NCBI GenBank assembly: GCA_964465375.1
Contig: CAYXIJ010000007.1
Coordinates: 2,212 to 66,211 of the forward strand
Length of the DNA: 64,000 nucleotides
Reading direction: 5' to 3'
DNA from: an uncultured Gammaproteobacteria bacterium
GTDB lineage: Bacteria > Pseudomonadota > Gammaproteobacteria > Steroidobacterales > Rariloculaceae
Shown: positions 34,270 through 52,440 of the stretch, piece by piece
How positions within the stretch are numbered: the first letter of the stretch is position 1
Layout of the letters: each line of letters begins with the position of its first letter
Notes under the pieces: model-generated
The model's database searches: none
Told to the model about the DNA's origin: nothing
The model's input: only the letters and a program-made list of their open reading frames with translations
Translations under genes and position numbers: made by a program

Positions 34270-35384
34270 GGTGCTAATAACTTTCTGTGTCCATTAATCG
34301 CAGCCAGCATACCGAATCCTACCATCAGGGTCACCATGGAGGTGCCCCCCGCGCTCACGAGTGGTAGCGGAACACCAACCACCGGCAGTAAGCCGCATAC
34401 CATACCGGCATTAACAAAGACATAGAAAAAAAATGTCAAACTCAACCCACCGGCTAACAGTCGTGTGAACGTGTCCTGAGCCTGGGAAGAAATGTAGAGC
34501 CCTCGCGCAACCAAGGCCAAATAAAGAATCAGCAAGAACAATAACCCCAGTAAGCCGAATTCCTCTCCCATGACAGCAAAAATAAAATCGGTGGAACTTT
34601 CTGGTAGAAATTCTAGATGTGCCTGAGTTCCGTTCAACCAGCCCTTTCCAAAAAGCCCACCCGAACCCAGAGCAATTTTGGACTGGATAATGTTATAGCC
34701 TGCGCCCAAAGGATCAGATTCAGGATTAAAAAAAGTAAATACTCGGGAACGTTGATAAGGCAGCATGTAGTTCCATAATAAAGGCACCGATACAGCAGCA
34801 GCAAAAACTGCGCCCAAAAGTACCCGGAGACCGATTCCTGCCAACACAATAGTCAAAGTCCCTGCCGCTAACACCAACACAGCGGTTCCAAGGTCCGGTT
34901 GGTCTGCGATTATCAGCGTGGGTACCAACACTATTGAAAGTAAAACAAGAAGCTGACCAAGAGTAGGCGGCAAACGCCTCTCACTCATAAACCATGCTAC
35001 TGCCATGGGTACAGCTAACTTCATAAGCTCTGAAGGCTGAAACTGAAAGACACCGAAATCCAGCCAACGATTTGCACCCTGGCTAGCAGAGCCCATGGCC
35101 ATTAATAACAAAAGTAACCCCAATGCCAAACAGAAAATCCAAGGTGCCCAAAGCCTAAGAGAATCAGGAGAAACTTGAGAAGCCATAAGAAAAGCAATAA
35201 ACGCAACCGCAAAACGCACGGATTGTCGAGCCAGAAGTGCATCGCTTTCATTGGTTGCGCTGTAAAGGACAACCAAACCAATACAACAAACTGTCACTGT
35301 CAACAGTAATAGCGATGGGTCTATAACTACCCGACTTAAGCCTAAGGATTTCGGCGAAATACCCAAATTTGACTTAAATGTCAC
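34266..35384 (-). CDS. rodA: rod shape-determining peptidoglycan polymerase RodA (SEDS family)
   Basis: 372 aa, polytopic. FQPSELMKLA, TDFIFAVMGEEFGLLG, PLPLVSAGGTS. It overlaps mrdA and mltB by 4 nt each. Confidence 0.9.
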   Translation of the reverse strand: MTFKSNLGISPKSLGLSRVVIDPSLLLLTVTVCCIGLVVLYSATNESDALLARQSVRFAVAFIAFLMASQVSPDSLRLWAPWIFCLALGLLLLLMAMGSASQGANRWLDFGVFQFQPSELMKLAVPMAVAWFMSERRLPPTLGQLLVLLSIVLVPTLIIADQPDLGTAVLVLAAGTLTIVLAGIGLRVLLGAVFAAAVSVPLLWNYMLPYQRSRVFTFFNPESDPLGAGYNIIQSKIALGSGGLFGKGWLNGTQAHLEFLPESSTDFIFAVMGEEFGLLGLLFLLILYLALVARGLYISSQAQDTFTRLLAGGLSLTFFFYVFVNAGMVCGLLPVVGVPLPLVSAGGTSMVTLMVGFGMLAAINGHRKLLAP

Positions 35385-37300
35385 GGCTGCCTGGGAGCAC
35401 GATCCACCCCAAGTAGAAAGGCATCTAGCATTTTCCGGGCAACTGTTGCAGCGGTCCCACTATTGCCACCGTTTTCTACCACTACAGCCACTGCAATTTC
35501 GGGGTCCTCGGCAGGTGCAAACGCAACAAATAAAGCATGGTCACGTAATCGTTCATCAATGCTTTCCTCGTCATATTCCTCTTCCTGCGCCAAGGAAAAG
35601 ACCTGCGCAGTTCCCGTCTTCCCAGCAACACGATAGGGCGTGCCCAGCATAGCATTGTGCCCAGTACCAGCAGTCTCTTCCGTTACTCCAAGCATTGCCT
35701 GATGAATTTTCTGATAATATTCAGACTCAACATCTGCTGGACCTTTGAGTTCCTCAGGCTCAAACCAGACGCTCTGCCCATTGACGCCCTCCTGGGTCCC
35801 GATCACAAGCCGCGGCTTGAATCTCTTTCCATGCGTGCCCAAAACTGCGCTTGCGTGAGCAAGTTGTAGAGGGGTCACAAGTGCAAAGCCTTGGCCAATG
35901 CCAGTAATCAATGTTTCTCCTGGGAACCAAACTTGATCCTCTCTCCGTGAAAAATTTTTTTTCTTCCATTCTCTAGAAGGCACAATACCGCGCCCCTCCC
36001 CCACGACATCAAGACCGGTGGTGGAGCCAAAACCGAAATTTTCTAAAGACTCACCCAGGCGATCAATTCCTAGACTTAAGGCCACCTGATAGAAAAAAAC
36101 ATCACAAGATTGAACAAGAGCATCATGCAGATCCATGGGTCCATGACCCTCGATTTTCCAGTCACGATATCGGTGTGTATCCCCCGGCAAACTGAAAAAC
36201 CCTGGACACATCTCGCGATGTACCGGATCAATTGCCTTTTCTTTAAGGGCTGCAATTCCAAAAAACGGTTTTACCGTAGACCCAGGTGGGTAAGTACCGG
36301 CGATAGCTCGATTGAATAAAGGATGATCAGGATCGCTATCTAATATAGTGAAATCAGCGCGGCTCAGACCTACAGTAAATCGATTAGGATCAAAGGAAGG
36401 CACACTAACCAGTGTTAATACATCACCAGTTTTTGGTTCTATGGCAATCGCAGCACCCCGAAATCCAACCATTGCCTCTTGCGCAACTAACTGCAACCTG
36501 ACATCTAAACCCAATATCAAATTGTCTCCAGGGACTGGCCATTTTGTTTCCAGATTATTTTGGCTGAGTTCTGTGGTTGACTCCAGTCTGCTAGATGTTG
36601 GATCCAGCAGTATACGACCTTGGGCATTTACCACTTGCTGACGATAGCCAACTTCGCCATGAAGAGATTGCTCATAGCTTCGCTCAATGCCGCTTCTACC
36701 AATTTGAGATGTCCCTGCATAGTTGCTGCGATCAATCCTTTTTAAATCTTCCGGGCTGATGCTTCCCACATACCCAATGGTATGGGCGCCAATCGCTCCA
36801 AAGGGGTAATACCTAATTAGACCCTCTTGAATATCAACCCCAGGAAACTGATGTCTACGAACTGCAAACCGTGAGGCATCTGCTTCGCTCAAATTGCGCA
36901 ACTGAACTCGTTCAAAATCCCTCCGTGACCGCACAAGGTCAATTATTTCTTGATGCTCAATAAAATTTGTGAGGCCCAAGGCCTCTAATCCAACGAGGGT
37001 ATTTTCGAGGTCTTCTATCTCCTCTGGAATCATGACCAACTGCCAAGTCGGAAGATTTTCTGCCAGAAGTACCCCATTGCGATCAAACACTAAACCTCGA
37101 GTAGGAGGTAGGGGCTCAATACGCAACCGGTTTCCTTGGGACAGTTCACTGAAACGCTGATAATCTATGATCTGCAACTGAATCAGACGCCCAATCAACA
37201 AGACCATTAGCATTAAAACGAAAAAAGCGGCAATCATTAGTCGCGAAAGAAACAGCCGTGTCTCACTTTGATGGTCCTTGAGCAGAATATTAGAATCCAT
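35381..37300 (-). CDS. mrdA: penicillin-binding protein 2 (elongasome transpeptidase)
   Basis: 639 aa. N-terminal anchor, STVKPF (SxxK), and KTGTAQ near the C-terminus. Confidence 0.9.
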   Translation of the reverse strand: MDSNILLKDHQSETRLFLSRLMIAAFFVLMLMVLLIGRLIQLQIIDYQRFSELSQGNRLRIEPLPPTRGLVFDRNGVLLAENLPTWQLVMIPEEIEDLENTLVGLEALGLTNFIEHQEIIDLVRSRRDFERVQLRNLSEADASRFAVRRHQFPGVDIQEGLIRYYPFGAIGAHTIGYVGSISPEDLKRIDRSNYAGTSQIGRSGIERSYEQSLHGEVGYRQQVVNAQGRILLDPTSSRLESTTELSQNNLETKWPVPGDNLILGLDVRLQLVAQEAMVGFRGAAIAIEPKTGDVLTLVSVPSFDPNRFTVGLSRADFTILDSDPDHPLFNRAIAGTYPPGSTVKPFFGIAALKEKAIDPVHREMCPGFFSLPGDTHRYRDWKIEGHGPMDLHDALVQSCDVFFYQVALSLGIDRLGESLENFGFGSTTGLDVVGEGRGIVPSREWKKKNFSRREDQVWFPGETLITGIGQGFALVTPLQLAHASAVLGTHGKRFKPRLVIGTQEGVNGQSVWFEPEELKGPADVESEYYQKIHQAMLGVTEETAGTGHNAMLGTPYRVAGKTGTAQVFSLAQEEEYDEESIDERLRDHALFVAFAPAEDPEIAVAVVVENGGNSGTAATVARKMLDAFLLGVDRAPRQP

Positions 37301-37302
37301 TC

Positions 37303-37791
37303 CTAAATTTCCCTTTCCTTGGCACCCAGCAATCTACCCATAGAAACAAAAACTAACGGCCATAACAATGCGCCGATTGCAACAGGCGCCCAACGATCTA
37401 CGGCTGGAACTGTGCGGGCTGCTACTCCATCAGCCCAGAATAAAAGAAATTTGTAGAGTGCTAGTAATACCAATATGGTTACACTCATTTGCCAGATTGG
37501 AAATACCCGAATCCGAAGATGAAAATGGCGAGCAATGTAGGTTACAGCCAAAAGAGCCAGCGCATGTTGCCCAAGCAAAGAGCCATATAAAGTATCCAAG
37601 ACTAAACCCAGCCAGAAAGCGGTTAAAAACCCAAAATGGCCTGGTTTAAATAATGACCAATAGACCAGTACTATAGCCACCCAATCAGGGCGAAGGAACA
37701 CAATAACCTCGGGCAGCGGTAGGATAGAAAGCAAAAGTGCAATAATTAGGGTACCCAAAGGTAGAAGGGTTTCTGACCAAGAGCTTCCCAT
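37303..37791 (-). CDS. mreD: rod shape-determining protein MreD
   Basis: 162 aa and hydrophobic. Positioned between mreC and mrdA. Confidence 0.85.
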   Translation of the reverse strand: MGSSWSETLLPLGTLIIALLLSILPLPEVIVFLRPDWVAIVLVYWSLFKPGHFGFLTAFWLGLVLDTLYGSLLGQHALALLAVTYIARHFHLRIRVFPIWQMSVTILVLLALYKFLLFWADGVAARTVPAVDRWAPVAIGALLWPLVFVSMGRLLGAKEREI

Positions 37792-38672
37792 TATTGAACT
37801 TCCACCGCAAGGTCAGTAACTTTCTGAGAATCCTCAGCCGTCCAGACCAACATAACTTCACGATCATGATCCAACTCTGACACGGGCTCTGCAAACACCT
37901 CAGCAAAAAACTGTCCAGGCTGAGGTATCACCTGAAGCACACGGGCCACTGGATAACCAGAGGGAAATACACCACCAAGCCCCGAAGAAACCAACAAATC
38001 GTTCACCTGAATATCAGCGCTGTTTGTAAGATAAGGTAATCGCAATCTCTTAGAATCGCCTGTGCCTACAACGAAAGTGCGCAACCCGTTGCGAACCACG
38101 CTCACTGGTACAGAATGATCTGCATCACTAATGAGTACAACCTCTGCTGAAAAAGGATCTGCTCGCACAATTTGGCCGACGACGCCATCAGCATCCAAAA
38201 GTGCCTGGCCCACATAAACACTATTATTGGTACCACGATTGATAATAAAACGCTGGCGGTAAGGATTTAGATCTACAGAAAGTATCTCAGCGATTAATAC
38301 CCGCTCCTCGACCCGAGCACTTGAATCAAGCATGGCGCGCAACCGAACATTCTCAGCCTCAAGAGTAGCAAGTCGCTGAAGACGAACACTTGCATTAAGT
38401 AGTGCTGAGTTGAGACGTTGATTTTCTGCCAGCATCGCTGAACGAGTTTCGAGATTGCTACTGGCCCAGCTCCAAGTTTTAAATGGCAAATCAACCAGAG
38501 TTCGCACTGGATATACCACTATACTAAGCGTCTGCCTAACTAAAGACAGATGATCCTTCTGGTAATCAACAAACATAAGAGTAAGGCAAATTATTACCAG
38601 CCCCAGAAAACGCAGCCCGAGGTAAACCTGCCCATGCTCAAGGCTACCGCTAGATTCTCCTGGGGAACTCAT
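37791..38672 (-). CDS. mreC: rod shape-determining protein MreC
   Basis: 293 aa. Transmembrane anchor, coiled-coil (LEAENVRLRAML), then beta-barrel domains (GQALLDADGVVGQIV, VSSGLGGVFPSGYPVARV). Confidence 0.9.
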   Translation of the reverse strand: MSSPGESSGSLEHGQVYLGLRFLGLVIICLTLMFVDYQKDHLSLVRQTLSIVVYPVRTLVDLPFKTWSWASSNLETRSAMLAENQRLNSALLNASVRLQRLATLEAENVRLRAMLDSSARVEERVLIAEILSVDLNPYRQRFIINRGTNNSVYVGQALLDADGVVGQIVRADPFSAEVVLISDADHSVPVSVVRNGLRTFVVGTGDSKRLRLPYLTNSADIQVNDLLVSSGLGGVFPSGYPVARVLQVIPQPGQFFAEVFAEPVSELDHDREVMLVWTAEDSQKVTDLAVEVQ

Positions 38673-38714
38673 CGCGTATGCCTACTCCCTTGAATCTAAG
38701 CGCTTCTCAATTGA

Positions 38715-39776
<1,062 letters not shown>

Positions 39777-39868
39777 CTAATAAAAAAAAGTTAGTCACTT
39801 TAGCAATGGGTAGGACAATGGGCAAGACGAGGTGTATAGTTATCGTGCATTGACCTACGGCAGACATT

Positions 39869-40156
39869 GTGTCACTCACCCGAGAAGACGTTCAAAAACT
39901 TTGTGTACTTGCTCGACTGGAGATCACGCCTGACGAGATGGCGGATGTCTTGACGAAACTTTCAGACATAGTAGATCTGGTAAGTCAACTGGAAGCTGAA
40001 GATACCACTGATGTGGTCCCGATGGCGCATCCTCTGGATCAGACACAGAAACTGCGCCCCGACCAAATAACCGAGACAGACAAACACCAGCTTTACCAGA
40101 AAAATGCGCCATTAGTTGAGGAAGACCTCTACCTTGTACCCAAGGTCATCGAATAA
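39869..40156 (+). CDS. gatC: Asp/Glu-tRNA amidotransferase subunit C
   Basis: 95 aa, GTG start. [16 protein letters not shown]...[11 protein letters not shown]. Followed by gatA and gatB. Confidence 0.9.
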   Translation: MSLTREDVQKLCVLARLEITPDEMADVLTKLSDIVDLVSQLEAEDTTDVVPMAHPLDQTQKLRPDQITETDKHQLYQKNAPLVEEDLYLVPKVIE

Positions 40157-40163
40157 TTCAGAG

Positions 40164-41633
40164 ATGGAAAAAGAAATTAATAAAAAAACCCTCACCCAGC
40201 TAGCTGAAGGCCTAAGGCAGGGCCAGTTTTCCTCTGAAGAATTGACCCAATACTATCTAGAACGCATTGATCTGTTTGATGAGAAAATAAATGCCTTTAT
40301 CACTGTCACTCGTGAGGAGGCAATTCAACAGGCTCGTGCAGCAGACAAAGCACTTGCTGCAGGAAAATCAGGGGCACTCACGGGTGTACCCATCGCCCAC
40401 AAGGATATATTTTGCACCCGTGGCATTAAAACTTCCTGTGGATCTAAGATGCTCGATAACTTCATATCACCTTACGACGCTACAGTGGTTAAACGACTTA
40501 AAGATGCCGGCGCTATCATGATTGGCAAAACTAATATGGACGAATTCGCTATGGGCTCATCTAATGAGACGAGCTTTTATGGTCCGGTGCACAACCCATG
40601 GGACCATGACCGAGTACCTGGAGGCTCTTCCGGCGGCTCTGCAGCGGCAGTAGCAAGCAAATTGGTAAGTGCGGCTACTGGCACAGATACAGGGGGCTCA
40701 ATTCGTCAGCCCGCGGCATTTTCTGGTGTCACTGGACTAAAGCCCACTTATGGGCGGGTCTCTCGCTACGGCATGGTAGCTTTCGCTTCAAGTCTGGACC
40801 AGGCTGGCACACTTACCCAAACAGCAGAGGATGCTGCATTACTCCTAGAATCCATGGCAGGTTTTGATAGCCGGGACTCCACTTCATTAAATGAGCCAGT
40901 GCCTGCCTACCATGATGCGATACATGAGCCTTGGCAAAATCTTACTATCGGCATACCTGACAATTTTTTTGATGAAGGACTAGATCCTGACAATGCTCAA
41001 GCAGTAAAGAATGCACTCAAAGTCTTTGAGAAACTTGGAGCTAAAATTAAAGATGTACACTTGGATCATCTAGATCTCTCGGTCCCAGTTTACTATGTGG
41101 TAGCGCCTGCAGAAGCATCATCAAACCTGTCACGGTTTGATGGGATCCGGTTCGGTCACCGATCCAAAAATGTCAAAAATCTTAACGAATTCTACATGCA
41201 AACACGTGGCGAAGGTTTTGGTGCAGAGGTTAAGCGGCGGATTCTCACCGGCACCTACGTACTATCCGCCGGTTATTATGATGCCTACTACCTGCAAGCC
41301 CAAAAGGTTCGCAAACTCATAAGTAATGAATTCATGCGCATTTTTTCTGAAGTCGATTTGCTTGCGGGTCCAACCACTCCGACCCCAGCATTCAAGATCG
41401 GCCAAAAAACAGAAAACCCAGTCGAGATGTATTTGAATGACATCTATACCATAGGTGCACCTCTTGCGGGGCTACCTGCGTTGTCTGTGCCCTGTGGTTT
41501 AGTACAAGGGCTACCTGTTGGTCTGCAATTAATCGCCACTCATCTCGATGAGGCGCGACTTCTAAAAGCAGCCCACTACTTCCAAAAAGAAACGGACTGG
41601 CATCTACATCTACCGCCCGGGTACGACGAATAG
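40164..41633 (+). CDS. gatA: Asp/Glu-tRNA amidotransferase subunit A
   Basis: Start moved to ATG 40164; the ORF-track start at 40116 overlaps gatC. Amidase signature [13 protein letters not shown]...[25 protein letters not shown]. Confidence 0.95.
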   Translation: MEKEINKKTLTQLAEGLRQGQFSSEELTQYYLERIDLFDEKINAFITVTREEAIQQARAADKALAAGKSGALTGVPIAHKDIFCTRGIKTSCGSKMLDNFISPYDATVVKRLKDAGAIMIGKTNMDEFAMGSSNETSFYGPVHNPWDHDRVPGGSSGGSAAAVASKLVSAATGTDTGGSIRQPAAFSGVTGLKPTYGRVSRYGMVAFASSLDQAGTLTQTAEDAALLLESMAGFDSRDSTSLNEPVPAYHDAIHEPWQNLTIGIPDNFFDEGLDPDNAQAVKNALKVFEKLGAKIKDVHLDHLDLSVPVYYVVAPAEASSNLSRFDGIRFGHRSKNVKNLNEFYMQTRGEGFGAEVKRRILTGTYVLSAGYYDAYYLQAQKVRKLISNEFMRIFSEVDLLAGPTTPTPAFKIGQKTENPVEMYLNDIYTIGAPLAGLPALSVPCGLVQGLPVGLQLIATHLDEARLLKAAHYFQKETDWHLHLPPGYDE

Positions 41634-41643
41634 GAGCGTTAAT

Positions 41644-43083
41644 ATGGAATGGGAAGTGGTTGTTGGACTGGAAATTCACGCTCAGCTTTCCACCGAGAGC
41701 AAAATTTTCTCAGGATCATCAACCCATTACGGCGCACCAGCTAACACACAGGCCAACTTAGTGGACCTAGGTTACCCAGGGGTACTACCAGTACTTAATC
41801 AACAGGCAGTGCATATGGCAATAAAATTCGGCCTTGCCACTCAGAGTGAGATATCAGCTCGCTCAGTATTTGCCCGCAAAAACTACTTTTATCCAGATCT
41901 ACCAAAGGGGTATCAAATTAGTCAATACGAATTACCTATCGTGAGAGGCGGACATATTAATATTTCACTAGACGATGGTAGCAGCAAAACCATAAGAATC
42001 ACACGGGCTCATCTTGAAGAAGATGCGGGAAAAAGCTTGCATGACGACTTCCATGGGCTCTCGGGCATTGACTTAAACCGGGCCGGGACACCATTAATAG
42101 AAATCGTATCAGAACCAGATATGCGCTCGGCGTCAGAAGCTGGTAGTTACATGCGCAAAATACACACATTGGTTCGGTATCTTGGAATTTCTGACGGTAA
42201 CATGCAGGAAGGTTCTTTCAGGTGTGATGCAAATGTATCGGTTCGGCCTAAAAACGAAGACAAACTCGGCGTACGAACAGAATTAAAAAATTTAAACTCG
42301 TTTCGTTTTGTTGAAAAAGCCATTGATTTTGAAGTGGAACGACAAATATCGGTACTCGAAGACAATGGACAAGTTGTACAAGAAACGCGCTTGTACGATT
42401 CCGAGAAAAACGAAACGCGGCCTATGCGCGGCAAAGAAGAAGCTAACGACTACCGATATTTTCCTGACCCAGACCTTCTTCCCGTTTTTATCGACAAAAA
42501 TCTTATTGATCAACTACGACGGGAACTACCCGAATTACCCGATGACAAATTGGAACGCTTTGTAGCAGAGTATAAACTTTCACCCTCTGAGGCCAGCATA
42601 CTCATATCGAACCAAGCCTCAGCAGACTATTTTGAAGCAGTGGTCGAGGCGTCATCTGGGAGTGCCAAGAATGTATTGAATTGGATGACGGGCAGTCTGG
42701 CAGCGGCGCTAAATCGGGAAGATTTAGTTATTGAAAAATCTAAAGTAAATCCAATCAACCTAGCAACATTAATCAACCGCACTGAAGACGGCACTTTATC
42801 AAGTAAGTTAGCAAAAGTTGTCTTTGAAGCCCTTTGGGAGGGGGAAGGTACAGCAGATGAGATTATCCAAAAAAGGCAACTTCAACAAATAACTGACTCG
42901 AATGCCATTGAGAGCCTAGTTGAAAAGGTGATCGCAGCCCATCCTGAGCAGGTAGAACAGTTCCGGAACGGGAAACACAAGGTACTGGGATTTTTTGTAG
43001 GGCAAGTGATGAAGGCGTGCGAAGGTAAAGCCAATCCAGAGCAAGTGAATAACATTGTACGTAGCATACTGAACGCACAATGA
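41644..43083 (+). CDS. gatB: Asp/Glu-tRNA amidotransferase subunit B
   Basis: 479 aa. [50 protein letters not shown]. Confidence 0.95.
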   Translation: MEWEVVVGLEIHAQLSTESKIFSGSSTHYGAPANTQANLVDLGYPGVLPVLNQQAVHMAIKFGLATQSEISARSVFARKNYFYPDLPKGYQISQYELPIVRGGHINISLDDGSSKTIRITRAHLEEDAGKSLHDDFHGLSGIDLNRAGTPLIEIVSEPDMRSASEAGSYMRKIHTLVRYLGISDGNMQEGSFRCDANVSVRPKNEDKLGVRTELKNLNSFRFVEKAIDFEVERQISVLEDNGQVVQETRLYDSEKNETRPMRGKEEANDYRYFPDPDLLPVFIDKNLIDQLRRELPELPDDKLERFVAEYKLSPSEASILISNQASADYFEAVVEASSGSAKNVLNWMTGSLAAALNREDLVIEKSKVNPINLATLINRTEDGTLSSKLAKVVFEALWEGEGTADEIIQKRQLQQITDSNAIESLVEKVIAAHPEQVEQFRNGKHKVLGFFVGQVMKACEGKANPEQVNNIVRSILNAQ

Positions 43084-43175
43084 ATGAGCGACTCCAGGAT
43101 ATTTCTAGACCATTCCCATCCTGAAAGAATGACCAGAACACCAAAAGTCGTTTGACTTTAGGCGTTTAGAAAGGT

Positions 43176-43203
43176 ATATAACATAATCTTTATATTGTTA
43201 TAT
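43176..43203. promoter_or_regulatory. inverted repeat ATATAACA-N12-TGTTATAT just upstream of the regulator gene; candidate operator
   Basis: ATATAACA (43176-43183) and its reverse complement TGTTATAT (43196-43203) end 5 nt before the ATG at 43208. I do not remember the published SahR motif well enough to compare. Confidence 0.3.
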
Positions 43204-43207
43204 TCTT

Positions 43208-48691
<5,484 letters not shown>

Positions 48692-48709
48692 AAAACTATC
48701 GGAAATTTC

Positions 48710-49441
48710 TCATGCCTGACAAAGCGGGCAATCCGATTTAGGCCTAAGACCTACTTCCTGCCACCGACCGATTGCGGCATCCCACAACAGCAAACGATTT
48801 TTCAGTCCTGACTCTATGCCCATCAGCAATTTCAAAGTTTCCACCGCCATTAATGCACCAACCACACCTGTTACAGGCGACAGCACACCGTTCCCCTCAC
48901 AATTTCCAAGCCATTCATCCTCGTCCCCGTAAATACACCGATAACAGGGCCCCTTACCTTTGTTTGTAAAAACCGCCAGCTGACCCTCCAAACGCACGGC
49001 TGCACCAGACACTAATGGCACCCCCATTTTGACGCACGCCTCATTCACCGCCAAACGGGCAGTAAAGTTATCAGTACCGTCAAGAACCACAGACGCCTGC
49101 GCAATGTGAGCTTCAAGAGCTTCTAGGTTAAGACGTTGGGGTACGCATTCAATTGCAACACTGGAATTCATGGCAAGTAATCGATCTCGCGCCACCTCCA
49201 CCTTTAGCTTCCCTACATCTTCTGTCCTATAGAGAATCTGGCGAGCCAAATTGCTCTCATCTATACGATCAAAATCATTCAGCACCAAACATCCGACGCC
49301 GCTGGCAGCTAAATATTGTGCCGCGGGACAACCAAGACCTCCTAGTCCAACTATGAAAGTTCTTGCTAAAGCCAGCTGCGCCTGACCATCTTCGCCCACT
49401 CCTGGAAGAATTAAATGCCGACTATACCGAGTGCTATCCAC
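48710..49441 (-). CDS. moeB: ThiF/MoeB-family adenylyltransferase (molybdopterin-synthase adenylyltransferase-like)
   Basis: 243 aa. RYSRHLILPGVGEDGQ, VGLGGLGCPAAQYLAASGVG, and paired CxxC motifs (CYRC, CPLC). Confidence 0.8.
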   Translation of the reverse strand: MDSTRYSRHLILPGVGEDGQAQLALARTFIVGLGGLGCPAAQYLAASGVGCLVLNDFDRIDESNLARQILYRTEDVGKLKVEVARDRLLAMNSSVAIECVPQRLNLEALEAHIAQASVVLDGTDNFTARLAVNEACVKMGVPLVSGAAVRLEGQLAVFTNKGKGPCYRCIYGDEDEWLGNCEGNGVLSPVTGVVGALMAVETLKLLMGIESGLKNRLLLWDAAIGRWQEVGLRPKSDCPLCQA

Positions 49442-49531
49442 TAAACCACCGCCACAGCTGATATGTAAGTCAAAAGTATTGCAGTTCTTTTAAGCATGCG
49501 CTGAGCTACAAGCTATCAAAATCTACTCTCT

Positions 49532-50395
49532 TTATGATGTAACCACCTGTGCACCTAAAACGCGAGGATGGCCGGCCAGATCACAATATGATCCTATCAC
49601 TTCTAAGGAGTTAGCCTGCAGAAGCTCAGTGACCACACCAAGTTGACCAAGGCCATGCTCTACTAACAAGCGCCCACCAGAAGAAAGATGTTTTTTTGCA
49701 CCCACTACAATAACGCGGATGATATCTAAGCCATCAGCACCACCATCTAAGGCCAGCCGCGGCTCAAAACAGATATCATCCAGCAGACAAGGATCCCCCC
49801 TTTCTACGTAGGGTGGATTTGTCACAATCAGATCAAATTGCTCCCCGGAAAGAGCACTGTAGGCGCTCGATCTGAGCCAACGCACATTAAGGTCCAAGGC
49901 TAAACCATTGCTCTTTGCTACCAAAAGTGCCGCTTCACTTACATCGATCCCAGTTACGCAAGCACGAGGCCGATGCTTCTTGATAGCCAGCGCAATGGCC
50001 CCCGTACCCGTACCAATGTCTAAGATGGATATTTTGACTTTCTCAGGAATCCAGGCAAGAGCCTTCTCAACAAGAAGCTCTGTCTCTGGGCGAGGAACAA
50101 GGGTATCTGCAGTCACCGCAAACTCTAGGGAATAAAATTCCTTTTTTCCAACAAGTTGGGCAACTGGGATTCCATTAACACGCTTGGCAATTAAATCAAG
50201 ATACCGGTATTTAATCTCTAGGCGAGCAGTACGCTCGGGAAAGGCGAACACCACGCTTCGGGAAATACCAGCGGCGTGGGCGAGCAGTACCTCTGCATCC
50301 AAACGGGGTGAAACACTGGCCCCTCGGAGCGCCTGATAACCCTGTGCTGCAAGATATCCGAGACTCGCGCTGTGATCAGAAATCTGTGTGCTCAC
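49532..50395 (-). CDS. prmC: release-factor glutamine N5-methyltransferase
   Basis: 287 aa. ILDIGTGTGAIALA and the NPPY motif (IVTNPPYV). Downstream of prfA. Confidence 0.9.
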   Translation of the reverse strand: MSTQISDHSASLGYLAAQGYQALRGASVSPRLDAEVLLAHAAGISRSVVFAFPERTARLEIKYRYLDLIAKRVNGIPVAQLVGKKEFYSLEFAVTADTLVPRPETELLVEKALAWIPEKVKISILDIGTGTGAIALAIKKHRPRACVTGIDVSEAALLVAKSNGLALDLNVRWLRSSAYSALSGEQFDLIVTNPPYVERGDPCLLDDICFEPRLALDGGADGLDIIRVIVVGAKKHLSSGGRLLVEHGLGQLGVVTELLQANSLEVIGSYCDLAGHPRVLGAQVVTS

Positions 50396-50410
50396 GAATA
50401 GCCCCGATGC

Positions 50411-51496
50411 TTACTGATCAACCAACGCAGCCAACTGATCCGCCTGATGCTCATTAGTTAGCGATTCAATGACTTTATCCAAGCTACCTTCCAGGATATC
50501 TCCTAAATTGTATAAAGTGAGATCTATTCGATGGTCGGTCACACGGCCCTGAGGAAAATTATAAGTGCGAATTCGCTCTGAGCGATCGCCAGAACCCACT
50601 AAGTCGCGACGACGTTCAGCAGTTTCCATGCGCCGCTTCGTAACTTGAATGTCCTTCAATTTAGACGCCATCAGTGACATAGCTCGAGCCCGATTTTTAT
50701 GCTGAGACCGCTCATCCTGACACTCGACAACGATTCCAGTTGGTAGGTGCGTTAATCTTACAGCGGAGTCCGTCTTGTTCACATGCTGACCACCTGCCCC
50801 TGATGCTCGATAGGTGTCTACCCGTAAATCACTGGTATTGACTTCAACCTCTTCTGTTTCAGGCAACTCCGGCAGGACAGCTACTGTGCACGCGGAAGTA
50901 TGAATGCGTCCTTGAGATTCCGTATCTGGAACGCGTTGGACACGGTGAACGCCGGATTCAAACTTCAAATGTGCGTAGGCCCCTTTGCCTACCACCCGGC
51001 TAATAATTTCCTTAAAACCACCATGGTCGCCTTCACTGGTACTTAATACCTCTACACTCCAACCATTTTGCTCTGCATACCTGTGGTACATGCGAGAAAG
51101 GTCTCCCGCAAATAATGCTGCTTCATCTCCGCCCGTACCCGCGCGTATCTCAAGATAAAGATTAGCGTCATCGTCCGGATCACGCGCAATTAAATGCAAA
51201 GATAAGCGACTTTCCTGCATTACCCGTTGATCGAGCAGGCGCTTTAACTCCTCTTCACCTAAGGCCTTTAGCTCCACATCATCGCCAGTACGCATCTCCT
51301 CTGCAGCCTGAATGTCCTTCTCTAAAATTTGGAAGGTCTCGATATCCTTTACGATCGGATTCAGTCGAGCATATTCCCTTGAAAGATCACGGAAACGATG
51401 CTGATCAGCAATCACCTCAGGATCAGCCAACAATTGACTAATTTCTTCGAACCGCTCAGTCATCAGGATCAATTTTTCTTGTATAGAAGTTTTCAC
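50411..51496 (-). CDS. prfA: peptide chain release factor 1
   Basis: 361 aa. [25 protein letters not shown] (GGQ) and a PET tripeptide (PELPET) where RF1 normally carries P-x-T. The frame is uninterrupted. Confidence 0.95.
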   Translation of the reverse strand: MKTSIQEKLILMTERFEEISQLLADPEVIADQHRFRDLSREYARLNPIVKDIETFQILEKDIQAAEEMRTGDDVELKALGEEELKRLLDQRVMQESRLSLHLIARDPDDDANLYLEIRAGTGGDEAALFAGDLSRMYHRYAEQNGWSVEVLSTSEGDHGGFKEIISRVVGKGAYAHLKFESGVHRVQRVPDTESQGRIHTSACTVAVLPELPETEEVEVNTSDLRVDTYRASGAGGQHVNKTDSAVRLTHLPTGIVVECQDERSQHKNRARAMSLMASKLKDIQVTKRRMETAERRRDLVGSGDRSERIRTYNFPQGRVTDHRIDLTLYNLGDILEGSLDKVIESLTNEHQADQLAALVDQ

Positions 51497-52341
51497 GTGC
51501 CTGTTTGGATATGATCAATTACATGCAAATCACGCTGAGGATACGGCATAGACAAACCATTTTTTTCGATTGCGCTTTTAATGGATTCCAGTAAGTCACC
51601 ACGAACCGACCAATAATCAGCGGTACGCACCCAAGGCCGCACCCCAAAATTGACACTGCTCTCACCTAGCTCCAATAAGAACACAGCAGCAGGAGGTTCC
51701 TCTAAAAGTCGACTTTCTTGCATTAGCACGCCCTGAATCAGAGCCTTAGCCTTCCCTATTTCATCGTTATAGCTGATCCCTATCACAAGATCGATACGAC
51801 GCTTTTCCTCGGCAGAATAGTTAGTGATGGTGTCAGCGTAAATTAGTCCGTTAGGAACTGTGATAACACGATTATCCGGCGTTTTGAGAATCGTATTGAA
51901 AATGCTGATGCTCTCCACACTACCGCTAATGCCGGCAGTGTCAACAAAATCACCTACCTTAAATGGCCGGAACAACACTAACATTACACCCGCCGCAAAA
52001 TTTGCCAGCGAGTCTCGCAATGCCAGACCAACAGCCAAACCAGCAGCCCCGATGACCGCAAGAAAAGAAGTAGTGGGAATCCCAAGCACCCCCAAAGCAC
52101 TAACTACCACAACAACCATCAACACTACATAGGTGATACTGGACAAAAACTGTACTAGAGTTGAGTCCACTTTAGCCTTACTAACAGCCTTTCTTATCCA
52201 AGAAATCACTGCCTTAGCAACCCATCTTCCAGCTACAACTATTAAGGCAGCAGCCAACAGCTTGCCGCTCCAGCTAAGCAGCATTGCCCCCAGCATGACC
52301 GGATCTAGTGAATCGCTAAATATCTCTAAAAGATTCTTCAT
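51493..52341 (-). CDS. small-conductance mechanosensitive channel (MscS family)
   Basis: 282 aa. Three N-terminal transmembrane segments, then [42 protein letters not shown]. The stop overlaps the prfA start by 4 nt. Confidence 0.85.
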   Translation of the reverse strand: MKNLLEIFSDSLDPVMLGAMLLSWSGKLLAAALIVVAGRWVAKAVISWIRKAVSKAKVDSTLVQFLSSITYVVLMVVVVVSALGVLGIPTTSFLAVIGAAGLAVGLALRDSLANFAAGVMLVLFRPFKVGDFVDTAGISGSVESISIFNTILKTPDNRVITVPNGLIYADTITNYSAEEKRRIDLVIGISYNDEIGKAKALIQGVLMQESRLLEEPPAAVFLLELGESSVNFGVRPWVRTADYWSVRGDLLESIKSAIEKNGLSMPYPQRDLHVIDHIQTGT

Positions 52342-52440
52342 TCCTACCCCCCCTCATGTGCTCCCTCAATTATCATAGACAAATACTCACCCAAATTGTC
52401 AGGGTATCCCACAGGGATCACAAGGTAATAAGACTATCCG

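Noticed and set aside
40116-40163. N-terminal extensions proposed by the ORF track for gatA (40116). The same issue affects metF (44037), metH (44960), rplY (55901) and the FAH gene (4947).
   Set aside because: Each extension overlaps the preceding gene and adds non-homologous residues. Internal ATGs give the canonical N-termini.
50411-51496. Checked for a programmed +1 frameshift in the release-factor gene.
   Set aside because: This is prfA (RF1), not prfB. The frame is continuous, and no internal stop or Shine-Dalgarno-like frameshift site is present.
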